Shown here: positions 1 through 10,612 of the stretch, one piece after another
Layout of the letters: every line of letters starts with the position of its first letter
How positions within the stretch are numbered: position 1 is the first letter of the stretch
Source: Entomortierella parvispora E1425
Lineage: Eukaryota > Fungi > Mortierellomycota
Length of the DNA: 64,000 bases
Direction of reading: 5' to 3'
Assembly: GCA_020891255.1 (NCBI GenBank)
Contig: BQFW01000012.1
Coordinates: 2,170,001-2,234,000 of the forward strand
The notes under the pieces: generated by a model
Seen by the model: the letters and a program-made list of their open reading frames with translations, nothing else
What the model was told of the DNA's origin: nothing
The model's database searches: none
Position numbers and translations under genes: made by a program

Positions 1-2714
1 GACCTAGTGAGCCATCCAAGACTGTGGTCGACTTTCGACCAGAGGGAAAGAGCATCTTGACGATCGTATCCAATGTCCGGAATGTACTTCCAGAGCCATC
101 CGAGCACCTGAACAAAAAGACCCAGAGCAACTGGGATGCACAATTGATGGCAATCAACCGCATGGCCTTGTCCTTGAACTTTTCGCGACATGACTCAAAG
201 ACAGACATCCAATGTTTCAAGAAAAAGTCCTTTTTGCTGACGCACAAGAGCATGGCAACGAGAGGGAAGGCCACTTGGACATGTCTAGGTTTGTTTGTCA
301 TCTTGCGGGCCTTGGGGTATATAAGTTCCACGGTCTTGGACCAGTTGGGGTGGTTGACTTCAGCGACTGCGACCTAAAGGGGGTGGAAACCGTTGTGGCA
401 CGTTAGAAGGGGTGGTTTGTGTGTGTGGGAATTAAAATCTGTGACACCCGTTCATAACTCAAAGATGAGACGAACCTTTGCCACCGGCGTGAGTAACTGC
501 ACAAATAGCTCAGCATAGGCGTGTTTGATCCGGATGCCTCGAGCCATCTTGAAGAATCCCGCACAACTTTGCAGGAAATCTGCCGTCTCTTCCAAGCACT
601 CCTCGGGATAAAGCTGTTGAACGAATTAAAGGAGTTAGCTCGGAACTGGATCATGACCTAATCATCCCCCCCTCCTCCCATGCCCCTACAAGGCTTGTGA
701 CATGACGGGAAAAAAAGCCCTCTCAAGAGGCAAGAAAAAAGGACTTGCCTTCAGGTTCAAATATCGCATACCACGAATGAGCATCTCCATTCGCAGTTCT
801 CTGTCCTTGTCCTTGACAGGGACTCCTGTCTTGTATTTCTCGAGCTCGGCAATGAATCGATCACTGACGGTGGCAAATCGCACGTTCGACAAGGAGCCCA
901 TGAGTTCTACCAAGGCGTTCATGTTGGCTGTACGATTTGAGGAGCGCTGGATGAATTCACTAAAATTCGAAAGAAAAAAAACCCCCCGTCAGTTCAGACT
1001 ACCAGTGCTCTTCTTGGTCAGTGCTTCGTTGTGTCGACTTACGGGTCGACATTTTCCAATTGACTAAAAACTGTTTCCTCGAGTCGAAACCCTAGTTCGT
1101 CGGGTAAAGATTCCTTTTGAACTTGGCTGACAATTTCAATGAGAGATCGCGACATGATGAATAGGGAAACCACCTAGGATTGAGATTCAGAGGTGAAGAG
1201 AAAAAGAGAGTCAGCATAAATGTCGAGAACGAGCCTGGCCAAGCGATAGACAACTTTTTCTTACAGATTTCCTCTCTTTGATGACAGCTTTAGGATCTCG
1301 ATATTTGAAATGGATGGACCAGTCTCCACTGTGGGAAAGAAAAAAAGAAAAGGTCAACAAAAATAGAGATGAGGTCAGTTACAAGTTTTGTACAATGAGA
1401 AAAAGAAGGACAGAAAAATAAAGAGAGAAAGAGAGAGAGAAAGAAAATGCACTGCCGCCGCAAAGAGCATGGTCCATGCCCCCCCCCCCACAAAAAAAAG
1501 AAGGAAAAAAAGGTAGTCCTTACGAGGCTGATTTCACTGAGGGATCGTCCGAGGATTCAATCTTTCCTTTGCGCCAAAGCATGACGCAGTCAATGACAGG
1601 CTTGGGACGATGTCTGGCCACGGATCCTAATGACGCCAGGAGCTTGTCAAACTTTGGATCCACGCCCTGCTTCAACGGCGAAAGAATATCTGGCTCTGTA
1701 TCTTGCTATTATAGGACGCGCCAGAAAAAAAAGAAAAAGATCAAGAGCAGATCGCGAAAAAGTTGCCTGGTTAGCTGGCGCTACTCTATTAAGTGAACCT
1801 GCCCGCGTGGGTGCCGTCCTTGCTGTTTTCCTTACCAAGGGAAGATGGATCATGGCGTTTAGCTTGGCCTCGGCCATTTTCACAAACTGAGTAAAGAGCA
1901 TCTTGAGCGCAAACTCGGATGGCGTCTGAAGTTGATGAGGAAGCGGCGAGGATTGCGGTTGCGGAGGGAGCATGGAAGGTACTGGGGGGAGGGGTGTATG
2001 TCCAGGTTGCGCCAGGTCGTGCTGCATTTGATATTGGTATATCGGTAGATGGTGAAGTAGCCCTTGACGATCGACGCTTTCTTGACTCTGACTGTGGCTA
2101 TGCGTGCTCCCTTGGACGCTCTGTGTCTGCTGTGTCGCCGCGCTCTGTAAATTGTGCAGCGAGCTGCTGTCGTGCAGTGGTCCCGAATGTGGATCCGTTG
2201 CCACACCACCGTCTACCGATCCGATAACGGAGTATGGCGACCTGGGCGTGTTGGCTCCGTCTCGGTGCTGGTCTCCATGGGACATGAATGAGGACTGATG
2301 TTGTTGTTGCAATCTCTGCTGGGCCTGCATGGCATAAGACGACATTGGATGGTTAAAATAGTCGGGAGCCTGTTGCTGTTGCTGTTGCTGTTGTTGCTGA
2401 AACTGAAAAGGTTGTATTGATACAGGTGAAGACGACGCGACTATGGGGTGATGCAACTGGTGAGGCAGTCCTTCGAATTGCCCGGCCATGTGCAAGTCAG
2501 AGGGGATGGGTGTAGAGACTCTTGGGGTGGTTGGAAACTTCCAGTCGTTGAGGGCAGGACGATGACCGGCGCCGACAGCCGACGGACCGGGGGCAGGACC
2601 AGCGGCAGCAGCAGCGACACGTGTGCCTCCATAGTGGTCGCGAGAAGGACCTCCTGAAGCACCACTGGCAGTGGAGGTGGTTGTCGCGTCGAGGTCCGTT
2701 CCGTTGTGAGCCAT
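1..2714 (-). CDS. TAO3: Cell morphogenesis protein TAO3/PAG1/Mor2 (Furry family), 5' part; multi-exon, continues beyond window start
   Basis: Spliced reading gives ...PSEFALKMLFTQFVKMAEAKLN.. | DTEPDILSPLKQGVDPKFDKLLASLGSVARHRPKPVIDCVMLWRK | ..KAVIKERKS | VVSLFIMSRSLIEIV..RLEETVFSQL | ..VRFATVSDRFIAELEK..RMEMLIRGMRYLNLK. These match the Tao3/Furry N-terminal motifs as I recall them. GT-AG introns are present (e.g. donor below 1836). The N-terminal ~280 aa are Q/H/S-rich low complexity. Confidence 0.88.
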
Positions 2715-3070
2715 CGGGAGAAGAGTCCGTTGTCAGAGAGAGAGAGGGAGAGACAGAGAGAGAGAGAGAAAAGGAAGGATAAAAGATAATGAAGATGGAT
2801 GTGCCAGTGTGCCTGAAGAGACCAGGCAAAACGAACAGACAGACAAACAGACAGAAACAGACAGAGAAACAAACAAACAGAGAGAGGACAAAAGGAGGAT
2901 GGACCCCACAAGGAGGAATTGGCCAAGGGGAGAATGAATGAATGAAATGAAAGGACAAGAGAAGAAGAAAAAAAAGAAAAAAAAAAAAAAAAGAGAAATA
3001 ATTCAGAGAGAGCGGTCCATGGCCAAAGAATGAAGGAAGGAAGGGATGAACAAGAGAATGGGAACAGGGA

Positions 3071-3120
3071 AGAGCAGGGAAGAGCAGGGAAGAGCAGGGA
3101 AGAGCAGGGAAGAGCAGGGA
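3071..3120 (+). repeat. 10-bp tandem repeat (AGAGCAGGGA)x5 in a microsatellite-rich region ((GA)n, (GACA)n, (GT)n) upstream of TAO3
   Basis: Five direct copies are visible at 3071-3120, flanked by (GA)n at ~3123-3146, (CAGA)n at ~3255-3278 and (GT)n at ~3348-3378. Confidence 0.9.
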
Positions 3121-4668
3121 AGGAGAGAGAGAGAGAGAGAGAGAGAAGGAGAAGCAATCAAAGGAAGGAAGGAAGGAAGGAAAGGTGTGTGTATGTGAAG
3201 TGTGCAAAGTGGAGTGTGCAAAGTGCGCAAAGTGTGCAAAGGGGAGTGTCCCATCAGACAGACAGACAGACAGACAGACACACAGAACAGACACGCAGAA
3301 CAGACACACACACACAGAAAAGAGAACAAAACCCGAAACGAAACCAGGGTGTGTGTGTGTGCGTGTGTGTGTGTGTGTGCTTGCATGCACATACATATGC
3401 AATTCTTGATGAAAAGGGGGTGACCGTCCAAGCGAACAGGAAATCTTGATCAAGTGTGTATCTAGACTAATTTAGTCCCACTTTGAACGAGCACCGGCAT
3501 GGTTCGGTCCGAGGGACGGAGGGTAGGGTAGTCTCACTTATTTTATTCGAGGTAGTGTCCATTGTCATGGTGGTCTCTCTCTTCCCTCTCTTTCTGCTTT
3601 CTGTGCAACCCTCTGTCTGTCTGTCCACGCAGCAAGGACCAAAGTGAAATGAACTTTCATTTTCCCCCCTGCCGCCCTTTTCTGACTTGTGCTGCTGCTG
3701 TCTGCACCCGTGAGAAAAATAATGATAAGAATAGGGCGCTGTCTGCTCTGTCTGTCTGTCTGGACCAGACTTGCCTTCTTGGGTGCCCCGTCTCTTCTCT
3801 TCTTCCCTGTCTGCCGATCCCAGTCTCGCAATCGGGTGCCTGCTTCTTTGTTCTTTTGTTCTTTCTTGTCTTTGTTTCTGTCTCTCCCTCTCTCTCTTAG
3901 TCTTCTCTAGGTGTCGCGTGGCGATGGGGGTTCATTTTATCTTCTTTTATCTTTCACCCTCTCTCTCTATTTGCCTGCCTGTGCCTGTCCCATTGTCAGT
4001 CCCATTGGGCTCAATTATGAAAAGGTGTCCGTCATAGCTGCCCTCGCGCGCCCTTCGACACCTTACCGACCTACCTCTTAAGTACCTCTTAAGTTCTTGC
4101 TCGGATCAGACCTTGGTCCTGCTTAAGAGGAACTGCGTAGCCGTGGGAGAATGTAAAAGGACTATATAACGTCCTTCATCGGCGGGTCCCCGTTCTGTCT
4201 TTGTTCCCCCCACCTTCACTCCTTCCTCCTTTTCCTCCTTTCCTTCCACCCTTTTTTCCTCCATAGTTTCCTCCATAGTTTCCTCCTCCTCCTCCTCCTC
4301 CTCCACCTTCTCCTCCACTCCACTTTTCATCTGCCGCTCAATCCCTGTTTTACCCCAGATTGAAGAACGCACTCGAACCCCGACCCCTGTCCACCTGTCC
4401 TCATTTTTGGCCAGTCTTTCCCCTGTCCCTGCCCAATCTCCTGCTCGCTCGCTCGGTCGCTCGTTGGTCTCCTCTCTGTCTCTCTGTCTGTCTGCCTGTC
4501 CTCTGCCTTGCCTGGAATTGCAAAAAAAAAAACTCCGTCTGTTCAAACAAATCGGATCTTTGTCTCCTTCTTCCTCCCCGCCGTGCTCACTGCCTTCCAT
4601 CTCTTTGTTGCTTCTTGCCTTCCATTCCCCTCCTCCGACCACCCCCTGCCGCATTTCCCTCCATCATC

Positions 4669-7282
4669 ATGCACTCCACCATCAACGAGTTGCCCCAAAG
4701 AGACCTCCCGGTCCTGTCCGACTATGACATCTCGCCCAAGACCGGTTTCCTCCCAGTCGACCCTCCACTGCAGATTCTTCCTGATCCCTACTTTGCCCCA
4801 TGGGAAGAGACTTTTGAGCAGTTCAATGGACTGCTCCTCGCCTCGAGACTCCGTCAGCGTGTTAACGAGGTATGACCACCCCATACCCTTCTTTCATGGC
4901 ACATGTTCATGCACCCCCACCCATGCACAGGTCCAGACCACCTCCTCTGCTCCTTCTTCCCGGCACAGACAGGAACGGATACACCGATGGTGACACCTGT
5001 GCACGAAGACAAGGCGGAATCTCGACTAGGGGCTGCACAAAGAGGAGAGGGGCAAAGTATTTTTCATTGTTCGCCCCTTTTCATTTCCCTGGACAGTCTG
5101 GTGCCACCAGGCTGTCCATGCTTATTCTCAAAGAGCGCAGCCATGTTACCGCCATGCTCTGATCTCGTCGTACTTATTGGAACAGAGCAACCATACGGAG
5201 AAGAATCCCTTTGCTGTGTTGCCCTCGATCTCTTGACCGTTGCCTGATGATCTAGCAAACCACCGGATCATAGATTCTAATGCTGGATGTCTTTTCTCTC
5301 TTTCTCTAGCTACCTATGCTCGATGCCGCTCGCTTGGTGACAAAGGCCGAGCAGCGCCGTGCCTACTTGATCCTCTGCATGCTCTCCCATGCCTACGTAT
5401 GGGGCAAGCATGAACTTGCAGCCGAGGTACACTTACAGCTCGTTGTGTTCCTGGAAAAATAACCCATCTTTTCCCTCGTCATCCCATCTCTAACAGCTCC
5501 GCTTTGTTCTTTTTGTTTGGTCTGATTGTGTGATCAGTCCCTCCCAGAACCATTGGCCGTGCCCTGGCAAAAAGTGGCCGACATGTTGGAGATTCAACCC
5601 GTGTTGACCCATGCTGCCGTTGTCATGTGGAACTGGAGACTGTTGTACAAGGATGGCCCAAGAGATCTCAGGTAATGATAAACACAACATGAAATGAATG
5701 GGAAAAAAAAGTGGATTCGTCCTATTGTGTCCCTCTTCCAGTGCGCAATAATACCTTTTTTTTTCAATTGACAGAATGAAGTGAATGAAATGAAAAGAGT
5801 TATCGGATCTCGGCTCATTCTCCGATCTCCTTTCCCCCCTCCTTCTTCTTCTCTGTCTGCCTCCTTACTAATGGCCCACCGTTTATTTTCATTTTCTCGT
5901 TGATAATCTAGTAACTTGGACACGTTGGGGACCTTGTCCGGATCCAGCGACGAGTCATGGTTTTACTTGGTCACCACTGCCATCGAGGCCACAGGAGCAC
6001 CCGTGCTGATCAAGATCTTGCAAGCGATCCAGTTTGCCCGTGAGGATGATGTGGTCGAACTGAAATTGGAACTCGAGGGCATTCGAGGCATCATTGAGGA
6101 ATTGGTCGCAGTCTTGCGTCGCATGTTTGAAAAGTGTGACCCCTACGTCTTTTACTGGAAGGTGCGCCCTTATTTGGCCGGATGGGAAAACATGGCCGAG
6201 GCCGGACTTCCCAACGGTGTCCGGTACGAGGGCGTCGACAATGGAGAGTACAAAAAGTTGGCTGGAGGCAGTGCCGCCCAGAGTTCCTTGATTCATGCAT
6301 TGGATATCGCTTTCGGCGTCGAGCATTTCCCTACTGGTCATCGCCCCAACAAGCCAGTCGCTACCACCGCCCACGGCACCGCCCATGGTGCTGCCCATGG
6401 TACCCATACTGAGGCTTCCACTACCAAGGCCGCCCCTGCTCCCACCACCACTGCTCCGGGACCCACCAACTTTATCAAAAAGATGCGCTTCTACATGCCA
6501 GGACCTCACCGCAACTTTTTGACCCATTTGACAGAGGTGGCCAACATTCGTCAATATGTCACGGCCAAGGCTGCAGAGACGGAGAGAACCCCCGAGATTG
6601 AAAAGTTGATCGAGGTCTACGACGAGTGTGTTCACCAAATCAAGGTCTTCCGGGATGTCCATATTCAGATGGTCACTCTTTACATTGTCATGCAGGCGAA
6701 CCGAGGACCTTCGATCTCGCACGGCGGATTTGCTTCCCCTGCCAAGGGACCCGCTGCCACAGAGACCCATGAAAAGAATGGAAGCGCAGCCACTGCTACT
6801 GCCACTCACCCCGACGCAAAGGATGCGGCGCCAACTGCGCCCGTCCATGCCGGCAACAACACCTCAGCAACAACGACCAACAAGGGATCGAGCATCTTGT
6901 ACCCACAAAAGGTCTTGTTTGGACAGCCTTATGGATTGGCCAAGAAGCAGGAGGCAGGCAATGATGTTGTTCGTGGCACCGGAGGCACTGATCTGATTCC
7001 TTTCCTTCGTCAATGTAAGTCCCTGTTTTATTTTTCATTCTTTTGTCAAACTGGTCCGAAAGACGCTCGATCGGTCGATCGATCTTTTTTTTTTTTTTTT
7101 TTTTTTATTGTCCCGAAGCAACCGTGAGAAAACAAGATGACTAACTGCGCTCTTCATTTCTTTTTTTTTTCCCTCTCCTCTCTCTCTCACCTTACCCTTC
7201 AATAGCACGTGATGAGACGAACGAGACCAAGATCGTGGCCACCTCTTCGATGGCCACACCACGAAAGGCATCGTCTGCATAG
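4669..7282 (+). CDS. BNA2: Indoleamine 2,3-dioxygenase (IDO, kynurenine pathway), 5 exons
   Basis: Exons ~4669-4869, 5311-5427, 5537-5671, 5912-7014, 7206-7282. Motifs: YDISPKTGFLP, RRAYLILCMLSHAYVWG, LAVPW, VMWNW, FYWKVRPYLAGW, GGSAAQSS, MRFYMPGPHRNFL, FRDVHIQMVTLYI (heme-ligating His) and GTGGTDLIPFLRQSRDET. Confidence 0.95.
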
Positions 7283-7866
7283 ATTTAATCGCCACGTCTG
7301 TTTGTTCTTTTCTTTGCTTTATTTCCCGTTTCGAGCCCCCCTTTTTTTTGCCATCATTGGCTCGTTCGCTTCACAATACCACGCCGCCATTCCTTTTATA
7401 TAGATGTCTTTTTTGTTCACTCTTGCTGTTTGTTTCTTGGCAACATTTCTCTTTATTTCCGCAAGAGCTTGCAACCAAGTCTTGAGCGGTTCTTGAAGAG
7501 AGGAGACAAAGAAAGAAACCCCACTACCACCACCCACAAAAGTAACGACGCCATTAGGAAGGCTGATATAGTTTTAGCCCTTTTTAATAACATCGAGTGT
7601 ATACCAGTACCTATCTGTGTCCCTCATCGCGTAGCCTTGTTTTCCTATTTGGACAGGCGTCATTTGCTGCTTCGCCGTCATGACCCGTGAGACGAAAAAA
7701 GGCATGCGGACCAAACTCCAAACCCTTTTTTTTTTTTTTTTTTTTTATTTTTTGTTTTTTCTATATGGCAAGAAAAGAGACACGAGAGAGGGGAGAGTGT
7801 ATTCTCTCAAAGGTTCCTTTTTTCTAGTTTTCTAGATATCTAGATATATCTCATTCACTCCTTCTC

Positions 7867-8873
7867 TCATTCGAATGCAGGAAGGCCAAAGAACTCTGGA
7901 TCAAACTTGTCCAAGGAATCAAGACGAAGAGTAGGGCCATCCAAGTGTGGGTAAAGACGACCAATGTTCTCATCAGGCACCCAGAGGACCTTCATCGAAG
8001 CATTCACGCCTGCTTGGACACCAATGGGTGAATCCTCAAAGACCAAACAGTTCTCGTTCTTGACGTCGGATTGTCCGAAATGAGCCGCCAAACGGTCGCG
8101 CGCCACGAAGAAGATGTCGGGGTTGGGCTTGCCGTGCACAATCGCGGGGTCGTCGCCACAGACAATCACGTCAAAGAGAGTAAAGAGGTGTTGGTTGTTG
8201 GTGGCCTTCAAGTCAAAGTTTCTGCGGTAAGAGGATGTGGCCACCTAGAAGGGGAATGGGTCATATATATTTTAAAGTTAAAACCATGATGTCAGTACGG
8301 ACCTTCATTTCCATGATTCCCGAGAAAAAAAAGGGATCCAGAGAGATATAGACTTACTGCAATGGGGATGTTCTTTGCCTTCAAGTGCTTGATCAGACGC
8401 TAGTGAAATCAAAACAGAAAGCCACATACAGTGTGAGATGACCCTTCCTTTGGCTGCCCTCCTTTGCTCTGACATGGAAAAAAAAGACTTCTTACCATGA
8501 CACCGGGGAGAGGTACACAGTGAGGGAAACGCTCCAGTTGCAACAAGTGACGCTCGTGCAAGTATTCCTCTGGGGTCATGTCTGCGCCCGACTCTCGCAC
8601 CAAGATTGCTGCAGACTAAGTAACACAGACCAATTAAAAAAAAAAAAAAAAAGCTTTTAGAATGAGTTGCATGACTCTTTGTTTTGGTTTTTCTCGGATA
8701 GATCCTAAAAGAAAAGAAGATCCGGGAAAAGGGGTGAAAGGTCCTTGCGGTTGTCTTTTTTTGAGTTTTTCTTTACCTCTTTCTCACGGAGACCCATCAG
8801 CTTGGCCTTGAGCTCAAAATCATATGTCTTGCCATAGCGGCCCAAAATTTCGGCTGTCAAAAGGTCAAATAGG

Positions 8874-8905
<32 letters not shown>

Positions 8906-9781
8906 GTCAGTCAGCTTTTTTTCTGGCTCTTTTTTTTCCAGATAGTTGGATGTATCCGTGGGCTGGAGTCAGGGATGCCAGATAACGGCTCTCAGGCTCA
9001 AGGATCATCCAGTGGATAACTCTATTGAAGACTGTCCTCTGGAGCCCTGCGACCATTCCATTTTTTTTCATTTTTTTTCCTCTGGTGTGCCCCTCCAGTT
9101 TTTTTGATAGTCATGTCGGCAAGAGTGTCCAAAGATCGACTTTTCTCTCCATTGATGCAATCTCTGAAAGAATGAAAGAATGACTGCCCTTGCGTTGACC
9201 GTTGATGCACAATTGATCAGGACAGACCCCAGGCCACTGCAACCAGACCGTTGAGGACGATAGGATCGGTTGAGAACAGATCTTGATCCGAATCCTCAGG
9301 TCCAGACCAACAAAAAGAAAAAGAGTCGATCCGGGGTCGATCCAGTCATCCAGTCAGTCAGTCGTTCGATCCAGTCATCCATTCCTCCAAAAAGGAACAA
9401 AGGAATGTGTCGAAAAGAGCAAAGCAAGGAGTAAAAGCGAAAAGAGCCGATCCCCCCACCGTTGCCCGTTCCCCCCAACCGCAGTCAAATCTCACCCCAC
9501 ACAGACCTCGCAACGTGTTTAGTCTAGCATGCAGTCAAACAGGGGAGAGAGAGAGAGAGGAGACAGAAAGACAAAAAAAAACAGACACAGAGCGGCTCAG
9601 TTGCACAGTGAACCAAACAAAAGAGAGAGAGAGAGAGAGAGAGAAAAGAGGGTGGGTGCCTACCAGTGATCTCGGTATAAAGGGTCTCGGTGTTGATGAG
9701 GAGACCGTCCATGTCAAAGATGCAGTGGGTGATGTGGTGTTGTGGTGCAGCGACCGATGGGGTGGTGGTAGAGGTGGTCAT
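7867..9781 (-). CDS. HAD-superfamily hydrolase, pseudouridine-5'-phosphatase (HDHD1/PUDP, YKL033W-A)-like, 5 exons
   Basis: HAD motif I in ITHCIFDMDGLLINTETLYT; KAKLMG; VATSS (motif II); GKPNPDIF (motif III); CLVFEDSPIGVQAG (motif IV); C-terminal FDPEFFGLP typical of this subfamily. Intron 1 is ~800 nt. Confidence 0.88.
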
Positions 9782-10323
9782 GACAGGAGTGAGGTGGAGG
9801 TAACCAGAAGAAAAGAGGAAGAGTGCAGCTGCAGAGAAGACAAAGAAAAAGAAGAAAAGAGATGCAAAGAGAGACGGAAGAGATGCAAAGAGAATGGAGC
9901 CAAGAAGGAGAGAGAAGGAGAAACAAGAAGAAGATAAAGAGGAACTACAGCAGCGTGTTGTCCACAGTCCAGCCAGGACAGAAACAAGGACCTGTGCTCT
10001 GAGATGTGGCCTCACAGGAACCTTACAAGTCAAGCAAAAAAGGGAAGAGACCGGAAGCGACGAACCAACGTGGCGCCCTGTGTCCCCGTCCTGACCTGTC
10101 CTGTCCCGACTTTCTCTCTCTCTCTCTCTCTCTGTCTGTCTGTCTGTCTGACTGTCTGTTAACTCTGTCCAGATCGAGCCTGGTTCCTCCTCTCCGGATC
10201 AAAAGAACCCAAACCAGCCTACTGTACACAAAGATACAGGACGCAGCACCATCGCTCGCCTTCTCCAACTCAGTCGGACCACGCCCTTCTGGCGCCCTTT
10301 TGCCCGCTTCTCTTTTTTTTTAA

Positions 10324-10370
10324 GATTTTCTTTTGGCACACCTTGATTTTCTTTTGGCACACCTTGATTT
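10324..10370 (+). repeat. 21-bp tandem duplication (GATTTTCTTTTGGCACACCTT x2.2) upstream of TERT
   Basis: Exact copies start at 10324 and 10345, with a partial third copy at 10366. Confidence 0.9.
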
Positions 10371-10570
10371 CACACTCACACACTCACACTCACACTCAAG
10401 AGTCAATCAGTCAATCAGTCAATACCAGGCAATCATTCAGACAGACCGCTATCGACATTAAGGGGCCAATGTGCCTGTGTCTGTCTGTTCTGTCCTTGAG
10501 TTGCCACCAACTCGTTTCTTCCCTTTCTTCGGTCCTTCATTCACTCTGCGAGCATAGAAAGAGTCCAACC

Positions 10571-10602
10571 CCATTGGACCATTCGACCATTGCACCATTG
10601 GA
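10571..10602 (+). repeat. 8-bp tandem array CCATT(GG/CG/GC/GG)A x4 immediately 5' of the TERT start codon
   Basis: Reads ccattgga-ccattcga-ccattgca-ccattgga and ends 10 nt before the ATG at 10613. Confidence 0.85.
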
Positions 10603-10612
10603 CTGTTGAACC

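Noticed and set aside
3071-3120. Regular 10-bp repeats as a CRISPR-like array or element terminus
   Set aside because: The units are contiguous with no spacers, in a eukaryotic context. It is a simple minisatellite.
2441-3910. Numerous overlapping ORFs upstream of TAO3 (e.g. 2497-3453, 2441-3157, 3030-3449)
   Set aside because: They are translations of (GA)n, (GT)n and (GACA)n microsatellites with no stop codons and no protein-like composition.
8953-9030. TPP riboswitch in the HAD gene intron (CTGAGA and CCTGA words present)
   Set aside because: The remaining TPP aptamer elements and their order (P2 closure, GGATAAT-CC-GCGTAGG region) are missing, and the host gene is not thiamine-related.
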